NCBI GenBank assembly: GCA_963711565.1
Contig: CAVQEQ010000001.1
Location: forward strand, 192,001 to 256,000
DNA from: an uncultured delta proteobacterium
GTDB lineage: Bacteria > Desulfobacterota > Binatia > Binatales > Binataceae
DNA: 64,000 nt
Reading direction: 5' to 3'
Shown here: piece after piece, positions 1 to 8,828 of the stretch
Numbering within the stretch: the stretch's first letter is position 1
Layout of the letters: every line of letters begins with the position of its first letter
Program-made: the position numbers and the translations under genes
Notes under the pieces: generated by a model
Database searches by the model: none
What the model was told of the DNA's origin: nothing
The model's input: the letters and a program-made list of their open reading frames with translations, nothing else

Positions 1-225
1 GCGCGCGAGTCAGAGCGCCGCACGCGCGAGTTCCTCGAGGTGTTGTCGGCGGAACTCGAAGAGCGCGCGGCTCGGGCGGTCGCGGACGGCGGCGCGCCGG
101 GCGTGATCGGAGAAGTTCGCGCGGGCAAGCTGAATCCTTACAGCGCGGCGCGGCGTATAATTGAAGACCGGAAGTCATTGCTCGATTTGATTCATAACGG
201 GAACTCGAAGCCGCGCACCGACTGA
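1..225 (+). CDS. C-terminal end of probable MeaB/ArgK-family GTPase (partial)
   Basis: Open frame from base 1 ending ...EVRAGKLNPYSAARRII, resembling the MeaB C-terminal helix. Confidence 0.55.
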   Translation, partial: ARESERRTREFLEVLSAELEERAARAVADGGAPGVIGEVRAGKLNPYSAARRIIEDRKSLLDLIHNGNSKPRTD

Positions 226-242
226 CCTCGACTGCATCATCA

Positions 243-962
243 ATGACGGCGAAGGGAAAATCGAAAACTGAAGGACGCCTGTTCGCGATCGGCGACATCC
301 ACGGATGCCCCGACGAACTGGCCGCGATTCTCAAGGCGATCGCGCCGACGGCCGGCGACACGGTGGTCTTCGTCGGCGACTACGTGGATCGCGGCCCGTC
401 GGCGCGCGACGTAATCGAGCTCGCGATGGATCTCGAACGCGGCAACGCCGAGTGCGTGTTCCTGAAGGGCAATCACGAGGACATGATGATGTCGTTCCTC
501 GGCATGCCGGGAAATTACGGCGAGTCGTTCCTGTTCAACGGCGGCGTCGCCACGCTCGACAGCTACGGCGTGCACGAAGAGGACCTCGAGGACGCCTTCG
601 CGCGACTGCCCGACGCGCACCTCGATTTCATGAGCCGCCTCGCCACCAGCTACCTGCGGCCGCCGTACCTATTCGTCCACGCCGGCATCATGCCGACGCG
701 GCAGCTCGAGGAGCAGCAGACCGAGGACATGCTGTGGATTCGGCAGGAGTTCATTTTCAGTCCGCACAAGATCGACGCGACGGTCGTCTTCGGCCACACG
801 CCGATGCGCGGCGTGATGATCGATCTGCCATACAAGCTCGGCATCGACACCGGCCTCGTGTACGGCGGCAAGCTGACCTGCATCGAGTTCAACGAGGGCG
901 TGCTTTACCAGGTCATGCGCGGGCATAAGGCGGTGAAGACCCGCAGTATCCCGCTGCGCTGA
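243..962 (+). CDS. Metallophosphoesterase, Ser/Thr phosphatase (PrpA/ApaH-like) family
   Basis: Motifs GDIHG, GDYVDRG, KGNHE, HAG, GHTP, IDTG. Confidence 0.9.
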   Translation: MTAKGKSKTEGRLFAIGDIHGCPDELAAILKAIAPTAGDTVVFVGDYVDRGPSARDVIELAMDLERGNAECVFLKGNHEDMMMSFLGMPGNYGESFLFNGGVATLDSYGVHEEDLEDAFARLPDAHLDFMSRLATSYLRPPYLFVHAGIMPTRQLEEQQTEDMLWIRQEFIFSPHKIDATVVFGHTPMRGVMIDLPYKLGIDTGLVYGGKLTCIEFNEGVLYQVMRGHKAVKTRSIPLR

Positions 963-978
963 AACGCCAAGAGGAAAA

Positions 979-1066
979 GAATAGTCGCCTGCGCGGCGGG
1001 CGGCAGGGGTGACCCCTGCACCCAGTGTGAAGAGCAAAGTTGCGCGCGGCGCGCTACTTTGCGCTC
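979..1066. repeat. REP-like element family A, subtype 1
   Basis: Palindrome GCAGGGGTGACCCCTGC (1003-1019) with flanking hairpins; near-identical to 27686-27773. Confidence 0.85.
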
Positions 1067-1149
1067 AGGGGCGGCGGCTCGACGCGGGCGTGCAGCTCTT
1101 GCGGTCTTTCGCGGGTTCCGCGCTCACGCTACATTTGACGATTCCCGGT

Positions 1150-1226
1150 GGCGACGTAGCTCAGTTGGTCAGAGCATGCGGCTCATATCCGCAGTGTCGT
1201 AGGTTCGACTCCTACCGTCGCCACCA
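1150..1226 (+). tRNA. tRNA-Met (CAT), elongator-type
   Basis: GGCGACG acceptor stem, anticodon arm TGCGG-CTCATAT-CCGCA, GTTCGA T-loop, encoded CCA; paired G1-C72 argues against initiator. Confidence 0.9.
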
Positions 1227-1235
1227 ATCAGATAC

Positions 1236-1766
1236 TCAATCAGCTATTGCAGCGGAGTCGGCGCGAATTCGAAGGCGATGACTCGCGTCCGACGAGGTTT
1301 GCGGGCGCTCGTCGGCGGGTGACGAATCGAAGATCAAATCGTAGCCGCGAATCCAAATGTACAGCGTGATCAGCACCATCATCGGGCCCTGCGACGCGAC
1401 CGTGCGCACGTTCATCCATTCCGATTGAATCGGCAGGTATGCGACCACGAACGCCAGATGGCTCATCACGACCTCGGCCATGTAGCAGAGCGCGAGCAAC
1501 AGGCCCCATCGCTGATGAAAGAAAACTCCGAGCGCGATCGCGGCGAATATTCCGGCCTGCACGATTAGCACCACGCGCGCGTCGTCGCCGTTGAATCGTA
1601 CGCCGGCGAAAATCGTTTCGATCGGATCGACGACCTCCACATCGGCAACCTGAACGAAGGCCATTACCGCCAGGCACACCGCCCATAGTCCGGCAAGGAC
1701 GGCGAAGACGCGAAGGTCGAAGGGCCACGCAGATTGGCGTCGATCGGATTGGCGGTTGGAGTTCAT
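1236..1766 (-). CDS. Hypothetical membrane protein (about 4 TM)
   Basis: 176-aa ORF with several hydrophobic segments. Confidence 0.7.
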   Translation of the reverse strand: MNSNRQSDRRQSAWPFDLRVFAVLAGLWAVCLAVMAFVQVADVEVVDPIETIFAGVRFNGDDARVVLIVQAGIFAAIALGVFFHQRWGLLLALCYMAEVVMSHLAFVVAYLPIQSEWMNVRTVASQGPMMVLITLYIWIRGYDLIFDSSPADERPQTSSDASHRLRIRADSAAIAD

Positions 1767-1899
1767 CTATTTTGCAGCCTACCAGAGCAATACTAGGCGC
1801 AACAAGAGCAGCTAAATTACCACACTGCGACGGCTGCTCGCAGCTCGGCGCAACGTCTCGGCTTGCCCGCGGCGGCGAGTCTCCACGATAATCGGCGCG

Positions 1900-2625
1900 A
1901 TGAATGGCGTCCATGACATGGGCGGGATGGACGGCTTCGGGCCGGTCGTTCCCGAAAAGAATGAACCTGTCTTTCACGCCGACTGGGAACGGCGCGCGTA
2001 TGCGCTGGTCGGTCTCGCGCGGCGCGTGGCGCGGTTCAACGGCGATGAGTTTCGTCACGCGATCGAGCGGATGCCGCCGGCGCGCTACCTCGCGTCGAGC
2101 TACTACGAACGATGGCTCGCGGCGGCGGAAATTTTGCTCGTCGAGCACGGCGTCGTGACGCGCGACGAACTGCTCGCAAAACAGGATGCGTCGATCGATC
2201 CGGCGCTGATCGCGAATCCGGTCGCGACGCGAGGTCCGGTGGTCGTCACGGACAAACCCGGATCGAAACCGCCGCGCGCGCGATTCGGCAAAGGTGCTCG
2301 CGTGCGCGCGCGCAATCTGAATCCTTCAGGACACACGCGTCTGCCGCGCTACGTGCGCGGCAAGGCCGGGGTCATCATGCGCGACTGGGGAGTGTTCGTC
2401 TTCCCCGACACCAACGCGCATCACGCGGGACTCAAGCGGCAACATTGCTATTCTGTCGCGTTCGACGCGCGCGAGCTGTGGGGGAAATCAGCGAAAGCGA
2501 ACTCCCGCGAGCGGGTGTACATCGATTTGTGGGAAGATTACCTGGAGCCAATCGCATCGAACTCGAAGGCCAAACGCACGAAACGCAAAGCCGCGGGAGA
2601 GACGCGTGGAAGGCAAAACAAGTGA
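1900..2625 (+). CDS. nthB: Nitrile hydratase beta subunit
   Basis: [15 protein letters not shown]-terminus, [24 protein letters not shown]. Confidence 0.95.
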   Translation: MNGVHDMGGMDGFGPVVPEKNEPVFHADWERRAYALVGLARRVARFNGDEFRHAIERMPPARYLASSYYERWLAAAEILLVEHGVVTRDELLAKQDASIDPALIANPVATRGPVVVTDKPGSKPPRARFGKGARVRARNLNPSGHTRLPRYVRGKAGVIMRDWGVFVFPDTNAHHAGLKRQHCYSVAFDARELWGKSAKANSRERVYIDLWEDYLEPIASNSKAKRTKRKAAGETRGRQNK

Positions 2626-3227
2626 GCGGAGATCATCACAATACTGACGACAGCGGGCCGGCCGCGCGGGTGAAGGCTCTGGAAGCCCTTCTCACGGAGA
2701 AGGGGCTGATCGATCCCGCGGCGATCGACGCGATCGTCGATAGCTACGAGACTCGCGTCGGCCCGCGCAACGGCGCGCGCGTCGTCGCGAAAGCATGGAC
2801 CGATCCCGCGTATCGCAAGCGCCTGCTCGCCGATGCGACCAGCGCGGTGGCGGAACTGGGATTTGCGGGACCCGAGGGCGGTCATCTGGTCGCCGTCGAG
2901 AATACCGATCGCGTCCACAATCTCGTCGTATGCACGCTGTGCTCATGCTACCCGTGGCCGGTGCTGGGCTTGCCGCCGGTCTGGTACAAGAGCTTCGCGT
3001 ATCGCTCGCGCGCAGTGAGCGATCCGCGCGGCGTGCTCGAGGATTTCGGACTCGAATTGGCGCGCGAGGTCGAAGTGCGCGTGTGGGATTCGAGCGCGGA
3101 GATTCGCTATCTCGTGATCCCGCAGCGTCCGAAGAGCACCGCGCGAATGAGTGAGGACGAGCTCGCCGCGATCGTCACGCGAGACTCGATGGTCGGCGTG
3201 GCAAAGGTCGAGGCGCCGGGGAGATGA
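2622..3227 (+). CDS. nthA: Nitrile hydratase alpha subunit (Co-type)
   Basis: [10 protein letters not shown] metal site; GTG start overlaps the nthB stop. Confidence 0.95.
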   Translation: MSGDHHNTDDSGPAARVKALEALLTEKGLIDPAAIDAIVDSYETRVGPRNGARVVAKAWTDPAYRKRLLADATSAVAELGFAGPEGGHLVAVENTDRVHNLVVCTLCSCYPWPVLGLPPVWYKSFAYRSRAVSDPRGVLEDFGLELAREVEVRVWDSSAEIRYLVIPQRPKSTARMSEDELAAIVTRDSMVGVAKVEAPGR

Positions 3228-3514
3228 GCGCGACGGCGCTCGACAGGTTGATCGAGGCGGCGCGCCTCGATCCCGAGCACGTGTTCAGCGCGCCGTGGGA
3301 GGCGCGCGCATTTGCGATCGCGCTGCAACTGTCCGAGTCGGGACATTTCACCTGGGATGAATTCCGCGAACGCCTGATTGCCGAAGTCCGCGCATCAGAT
3401 AGAATCCGCGCGCGCGACGGCACCTCCGATCACGGCGAGTACTACGATCATTTCCTGCACGCGCTGGAGAAGCTGCTCGAGGAGAAAGGCCTCGCGCACC
3501 CTATGTCATCCTGA
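3224..3514 (+). CDS. Nitrile hydratase accessory/activator protein
   Basis: [11 protein letters not shown]...WDEF...YY motif of beta-like accessory proteins; coupled to nthA. Confidence 0.85.
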   Translation: MSATALDRLIEAARLDPEHVFSAPWEARAFAIALQLSESGHFTWDEFRERLIAEVRASDRIRARDGTSDHGEYYDHFLHALEKLLEEKGLAHPMSS

Positions 3515-3666
3515 CGACGGGAGCGGGCGACGGGAGGAAGGATCTCGGACAGCTTCGCGCAAGCGAAGCCGGTTCCGGTTTCGCGACGCGCGTCAGCGCA
3601 TCACTGTTGACAACGGACGCCGGAGCGTCCGTCGAGATTCTTCGCCGCCGCGGCTCAGAATGACAC
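3504..3666. repeat. REP/MITE-like element family B (TGTCATCCTGA...TCAGAATGACA)
   Basis: Imperfect terminal inverted ends; left about 85 bp matches the reverse complement of 7965-8047. Confidence 0.8.
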
Positions 3667-3691
3667 AATGACGGAAGCCTACGGAAAAGCG

Positions 3692-4234
3692 CTACGCGTT
3701 CTTGCCTTGCTTGCCTTCGATCCACTGGAACATCAGGGATTGGTAGTACTCCATGTTCTCGCCGAGCAGGAAGACTTTCGGGATTCCCTCGATTTGCGCG
3801 TAAATGGCGGTGTGCGTGGGGTTTTCGTTGCCGAACGCTATCTTGATCGGCTGCGGTTGGCCGGGTGCCTCGATTGTCACCACCGACTTCGGCTGGTCGA
3901 GGCCGAACTGCGCGAGGTCGTTTGAATTGTCCGCCACCACTTCGACCGATTTCGCACTCGTCAGCAGCGAGACCATCGCGTCCATCAGATCGCGCGGGAT
4001 AAACTTTCCCGGCGGCGCGACAACTTCGTAGAACGAACCGTCTTTGGACTTCTGAAACCGCAGCGACTCCGTTCCGCTCGCGATGGTGATCGCGTCGATG
4101 CCGCTGAGCTTCAGCAGGCTCTCCTGTTTCTCCTCCAGCGCGCTGACCGGCTTCACGCTCGGCTGAATCCAGAAATAAATCGGCAGCAGGATGAAAAAAA
4201 CGATCGTGTAGAAGATTGCCGGACGCGCGCTCAC
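3692..4234 (-). CDS. DUF4340-like membrane-anchored protein of Gld-like ABC operon
   Basis: N-terminal TM, FGLDQP and G-x-x-NP...YA motifs; last gene of the operon. Confidence 0.7.
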   Translation of the reverse strand: MSARPAIFYTIVFFILLPIYFWIQPSVKPVSALEEKQESLLKLSGIDAITIASGTESLRFQKSKDGSFYEVVAPPGKFIPRDLMDAMVSLLTSAKSVEVVADNSNDLAQFGLDQPKSVVTIEAPGQPQPIKIAFGNENPTHTAIYAQIEGIPKVFLLGENMEYYQSLMFQWIEGKQGKNA

Positions 4235-5666
4235 GCGAAAAACCTCCGGCGCACGAGGACGGTGACCGCGATCAGAAACAGGATCGCCGGCTCGACGACC
4301 GAGCCGTAAACCAGCAGATGGCGCGCCTCCTGGTCGCTGACATAGAAGGCGGCGGTCTCGCTCTTGTTGAGCCGTTCGCGGCTCGCGATCAGCATCTCGT
4401 CGCCAGCCAGCTCATTGATCAGGCTCACCGCGAGATCCTGATTCCCCAGCATCTCAATGAACTGGTTCGAGGCGAAGGCGGAGCTGCCGATCCCGACCAA
4501 CCGTGTCATCTGCTGCACCGGGATGTGCGGATTCGAGGCCGGCGCGAAGTCAATCTCGGAGGCGACGGGAATCGGTCCCTTCAGATCGCGGCCGCCTGGT
4601 ACTCGGTGATTCCGGTCGTCAACGCATTGGGATCGCCCGACGCCCAGCTCTCGTGCGAGGACGAGAGGAACTTGTCTTCCTGCGCAATCTTCAAGTCGTC
4701 GGGCGCCGTCGCACCGACCGCCCCGGTTATCATCACGCCACGCCCCAGCGAGAACACGGCCGGCGCGGTCATCGAGCGGCTGATCTGATTTTCTTCCGAG
4801 CGCAGCGGAATCTGGGTCGTGAGAATTTCACTGGCGGTCAGCCGGTACGCGGGATCGACGATCACCTGCGGGATGAAATCGAGGTAGTACTTTTTCAGGA
4901 ACTCGACCAGCGTCGGCGATCCATACGGATCGATGATCGCGACGTAATGGCCGCCGTGGCCCAGGTACTTGGCGAGCGCCGCCAACTCTTCGGGCAGGAA
5001 ATCCTTCTGCGGGCCGAGCGAGACCACCACCTTCGCGTCGTCGGGTACGCCGCTGGCGAACAGCGACACGTTGTCGATCTGATAGTTGTTCTGTTCGAGC
5101 TGCGTACGCCATTGCGAGTAGCCCAAGGTGCGATCGGAATTGAACAGGTCGCGCTCGCCATGCCCGATGGTGAAATAGATGTGCTTGGTGGCGTTCGGCG
5201 AGATTTGCAGAATCGCCGGGATCAGCTCGTCGGAGCGCGCGTTGTCGAAGTCGCGCCGCCGCCCCTGCGATTCCACGATCACCTCGCCGTAGCTCGACAC
5301 GCCGTATTCGCGCGCCAGCCCCGGCGCCTTGTTGACGTTGATAACCTGGTAGGTCAGGCGCGGGGTGAAAGCGGCCGCTTGGAACAGCAGGTCCGCGAGT
5401 TCGAGGTAGGCGGGATCCTCGGTGCGCACGAACGCCATCACCTTGACGTTTTCCGTAAGACCGCCCAGCACGCGCTTGTCGAAATCTGAGAGCGAGAATT
5501 GTTTTTGCGGCGTTAGATCCCAGCGGATGTTAAAGGTTGAAATTATCGCATTGGCGACGATCAGCACGGCGCCGAAAGCGATCACGGTGTAGAGCAGCAC
5601 CGCGTAGTTCAGCCAGATCGAACGGCGCTCGGCCGCGGACGAATCCTTTAGCGCCGGCCCGTCCAC
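4231..5666 (-). pseudogene. GldG-like ABC auxiliary protein, split by a 1-nt frameshift near 4594
   Basis: WDLT-x3-FSLS and YFTIGHGE motifs; restoring one base joins EYQA to GRDLKGPIPVA and to ORF 4231-4518 (GNQDL..N.L). Confidence 0.75.
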
Positions 5667-6484
5667 TTACGTGCCTCCATCGAGCGCTGCGTTAGAAAAA
5701 GAAAAAAGACGATGAAGAAGATGAAGTAGGTAACGTGATCGAGGTCGATCACGCCCTTAGCGAAGCCGCCGAACTGATCGAACAGTGAAAACGCGCGCAG
5801 CACATTGAGCCACGAGTTGGTAAACGCGGCCTCGTTCCAGTTGAGAATCCAGAAGAACAGCAGCAGCGTAATCGTGCCCATCCCCGCCATCACCTGGCTC
5901 TCGCATAGCGACGAGATGAACACGCCGCACGCAATAAACGCGCATCCGATCAGCAACAAGCCCAGGTAGCCAGCGAACAGCGGGAACAGCGGAAACGAAT
6001 GGATGCTGTAGATGTAAGCCGGGTAGAAGACGGTGAGCGCGAGCATCATGACGAAGATCGCGACCGACGCGAGGTACTTGCCGCCGAGTATTTCGCCGTC
6101 GCGCAGCGGGTAAGTGTAGAGCAACTCGATGGTGCCGAGCTTCCGCTCCTCCGCGAACAGCCGCATCGTAATGAACGGCAGCGTCAGCAGCATGCAGAGC
6201 CGGATGTCTGTGAGCAGCAACTGCCAGTAGTTCTGCATGATGTCTTTTGCGAACGCGATGGTCACGAAGAAAACGAGGTCGGTGTACGCGTAGTATCCCG
6301 CCAGCACCAGGAACACGCCCGACAACACGTACACGAGAGGAAAAGCGAAGTATGAGCGCAATTCCTTGCGCGTCACCGCGAACATCCGGCCTATCGAAAA
6401 GCCTGTCCCGGCGGCGCGGATCGCGGCGCGCCGGGATTCGGTCGCCGCTCCCGCGGCTTCAATCGTGGCTGCACCGTTAGGCAT
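5648..6484 (-). CDS. ABC-2 permease, GldF-like
   Basis: KELRSYF, TMRLFAEERKLGTIELL, GKYLA motifs; multiple TM. Confidence 0.9.
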   Translation of the reverse strand: MPNGAATIEAAGAATESRRAAIRAAGTGFSIGRMFAVTRKELRSYFAFPLVYVLSGVFLVLAGYYAYTDLVFFVTIAFAKDIMQNYWQLLLTDIRLCMLLTLPFITMRLFAEERKLGTIELLYTYPLRDGEILGGKYLASVAIFVMMLALTVFYPAYIYSIHSFPLFPLFAGYLGLLLIGCAFIACGVFISSLCESQVMAGMGTITLLLFFWILNWNEAAFTNSWLNVLRAFSLFDQFGGFAKGVIDLDHVTYFIFFIVFFLFLTQRSMEARKWTGRR

Positions 6485-7437
6485 TAAACCCGCTCTTCCT
6501 TAGTGACGAGACGCATGAACAGATCTTCAAGACTGAGCGCCATCGGCTTGACTTCGAGCAGGCTCCATCCGTGCTGCACGACGCACGCCGCCAGCGCGGA
6601 ACGCACTTCCTCGCCGTGCCCGCTCGAATACGCGACGAACGAGCACACGCCGTTCGCGCCCGCATCCGCCGGCCGGTCCTCGAGCCGCTGCACGAACTGG
6701 ACGGCGGTCAATGCCTCGCGCACGGCCGGCGACGGACCCGCTACCGTGATCAGCGTCTGATCGGTGCCTTGCAGTTTCGCCGTCAGTTGCTCGGGCGTGT
6801 CCTGCGCGACGATCCGTCCGCGATCGATTATCACGACGCGCCGGCACGTCATGTTGACTTCGGGCAGGATGTGCGTCGATAGCAGCACGGTCGAATGGCC
6901 CGCCAGCGAACGGATCAGGTCGCGGATTTCGACGACTTGCCGCGGATCGAGGCCGACAGTCGGCTCGTCGAGAATGAGCACTTCGGGATCGCTCAGGATG
7001 GCCTGCGCGATACCGACGCGCTGCCGGTAGCCCTTCGACAGTTTGCCGATAAGCTTGCGCCGCACGTCCTTGAGCCCGCAGGTCTCGAGCGAAAATTCGA
7101 TTCGATCGCGCGTCGTCCGCGGATCGATCTCGCGCACGCGCGCGCCGAACTCGAGCAGCGCATCGACGCTGAGGTCGGGATACAGCACCATGTTTTCCGG
7201 CAGGTAGCCCACGCGGCGCCGGGTCTCGAGCGAATGCTGCGCAACGTCGAGGCCGCCGATCATCGCGCGTCCGGAAGTCGCGGGGAAAAATCCCGTCAGT
7301 ATCCGCATGATCGTCGTCTTGCCGGAGCCGTTGGGGCCCAGCAGGCCGATGATCTCGCCCTTCTCGACCTTGAACGAAACGTGGTTGACGGCAAGCGTGG
7401 CGCCGAAATATTTGGTTAGCTCCTGGACCTCTATCAT
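6484..7437 (-). CDS. ABC transporter ATP-binding protein, GldA-like
   Basis: GPNGSGKTT, LSKGYRQR, ILDEPTVGLDP, H-loop. Confidence 0.95.
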   Translation of the reverse strand: MIEVQELTKYFGATLAVNHVSFKVEKGEIIGLLGPNGSGKTTIMRILTGFFPATSGRAMIGGLDVAQHSLETRRRVGYLPENMVLYPDLSVDALLEFGARVREIDPRTTRDRIEFSLETCGLKDVRRKLIGKLSKGYRQRVGIAQAILSDPEVLILDEPTVGLDPRQVVEIRDLIRSLAGHSTVLLSTHILPEVNMTCRRVVIIDRGRIVAQDTPEQLTAKLQGTDQTLITVAGPSPAVREALTAVQFVQRLEDRPADAGANGVCSFVAYSSGHGEEVRSALAACVVQHGWSLLEVKPMALSLEDLFMRLVTKEERV

Positions 7438-7647
7438 GAAGCCTGCCCTAGCCCATCGCGCGCGCGAAATTCACCGCTCCCGCGTTCAATAGCGCCGGGG
7501 TATCGTGCATAATTCTCAATGTAGTGCAAATGGCGCCCGAAAGCAGGAGTGTGATCCTCGACATTCTAGAGACGGCTGAACGAGGAAGTCAATTCAGTTT
7601 TTTCCGCACGCCGATGGGCTATATCTGTAGGGGAAACTGGTGCACTG

Positions 7648-7938
7648 ATGGGACGATTGTTAGTTGGCGGACTGGTTGTCGCTATTGTTGCCGCGTTGCT
7701 GTTCTATTTTTATTCGAGCAGCTATCGCACGCAAATCGACCAGCAGACGCAGCAGGTTTCGCAGCTCAACGACCAACTGCTCAAGCTTCAAACTGAAAAC
7801 GAGCAGCTCAAGGCCGAGCTGTCGAAAGTTCAGAACGAGCAAAGCATCCTTGCCGCTCAGAATGAAGAAATGCGCAAGGCGATCGCGGAGTTCAAGGCGA
7901 CGGGGAAGATGCCGGTGATTCCGCCGCCGCCGAAGTGA
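7648..7938 (+). CDS. Small membrane-anchored coiled-coil protein
   Basis: N-terminal TM followed by a Q/E/L heptad-rich segment. Confidence 0.75.
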   Translation: MGRLLVGGLVVAIVAALLFYFYSSSYRTQIDQQTQQVSQLNDQLLKLQTENEQLKAELSKVQNEQSILAAQNEEMRKAIAEFKATGKMPVIPPPPK

Positions 7939-7964
7939 GAGGCATCGGACCGCTTCGCGATTTC

Positions 7965-8182
7965 AGAAACCGGTACCGGCTTCGCTGGCGCGAAGCTGTC
8001 CGAGGTCCGTTCCTCCCGTCGCTAACGCTCCCGTCGTCAGGATGACAAAGTGCGCGAAGCGCGCGTCGGAACCTAACCCCTTCCCGCGCGGGAAGGGGAA
8101 CCAGATTCTAGGAAATACTGGGTGCAGGGGTCACCCCTGCCGAAGGAAGCGCGAAACCCACGGTGGGTTTCGCATTGAATCA
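7965..8182. repeat. Mosaic of REP-like elements (family B reversed, family C, family A subtype 2)
   Basis: ...TCAGGATGACA ends at 8047; CCTAACCCCTTCCC hairpin 8072-8102; GCAGGGGTCACCCCTGC 8124-8140 plus GAAACCC..GGGTTTC. Confidence 0.8.
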
Positions 8183-8191
8183 ATTTTCGGT

Positions 8192-8737
8192 TCACTCCTT
8201 CTCCGGCTCGGGCTTTAGCAGGTAGCGCTGCCACTCCTGCAGGAAGCCCAGCGCTCGCATGTCAGGCATGCGGTCGAGGTAAACTTCGCCCTTCAGATGA
8301 TCCGTTTCGTGCTGGATCACGCGCGCGTGGAAATCCGACGCATCGATGTCAACCGGCTCCGCATTGCGCCCGAGCGCCGTCACTCGCAGCCGCTTGAATC
8401 GCGGCACACGCCCGCGAAGGTCGGGCACGCTCAGGCATCCCTCCCACTCCTCGACGGGCGTCCGGTCGAGAATCGTCACAACAGGATTGACGAGGACAGT
8501 CAGCGGCACGTCGGGCATGTCGGGATAGCGCGGATGGTCGTGGACTTCGAGGACGGCCAGTTGCATCGGCAGATGCACCTGCGGGGCGGCGAGGCCGACA
8601 CCGTTGTACTCGTACATCGTCTCGATCATGTCGTCGATAAGCTGCTGAAATTCTTTTGTTTTGATCCGGTCGGGGGGCACCGGGCTGGACGCGGTCCTGA
8701 GCGAGGGGAATCCGAGACGTGCAACTTTCAAAATCAT
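8192..8737 (-). CDS. def: Peptide deformylase
   Basis: GVGLAAPQ, EGCLS, QHETDHL motifs. Confidence 0.97.
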   Translation of the reverse strand: MILKVARLGFPSLRTASSPVPPDRIKTKEFQQLIDDMIETMYEYNGVGLAAPQVHLPMQLAVLEVHDHPRYPDMPDVPLTVLVNPVVTILDRTPVEEWEGCLSVPDLRGRVPRFKRLRVTALGRNAEPVDIDASDFHARVIQHETDHLKGEVYLDRMPDMRALGFLQEWQRYLLKPEPEKE

Positions 8738-8828
8738 CGCGTAACCTCACTTCGCGGTGCATTTGAGCAAAATATTGATTGTAGCAGCGCACGGCTCTCG
8801 CATACATTATAGCGGCGCCAGGTAGTCG

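Noticed and set aside
2112-2621. N-terminal extension of nthA in the ORF track
   Set aside because: Overlaps nthB; a GTG at 2622 gives a normal-length alpha subunit.
4560-4620. Programmed ribosomal frameshifting in gldG-like (and in lgt)
   Set aside because: No slippery sequence or stimulatory structure; a single-base indel explains each.
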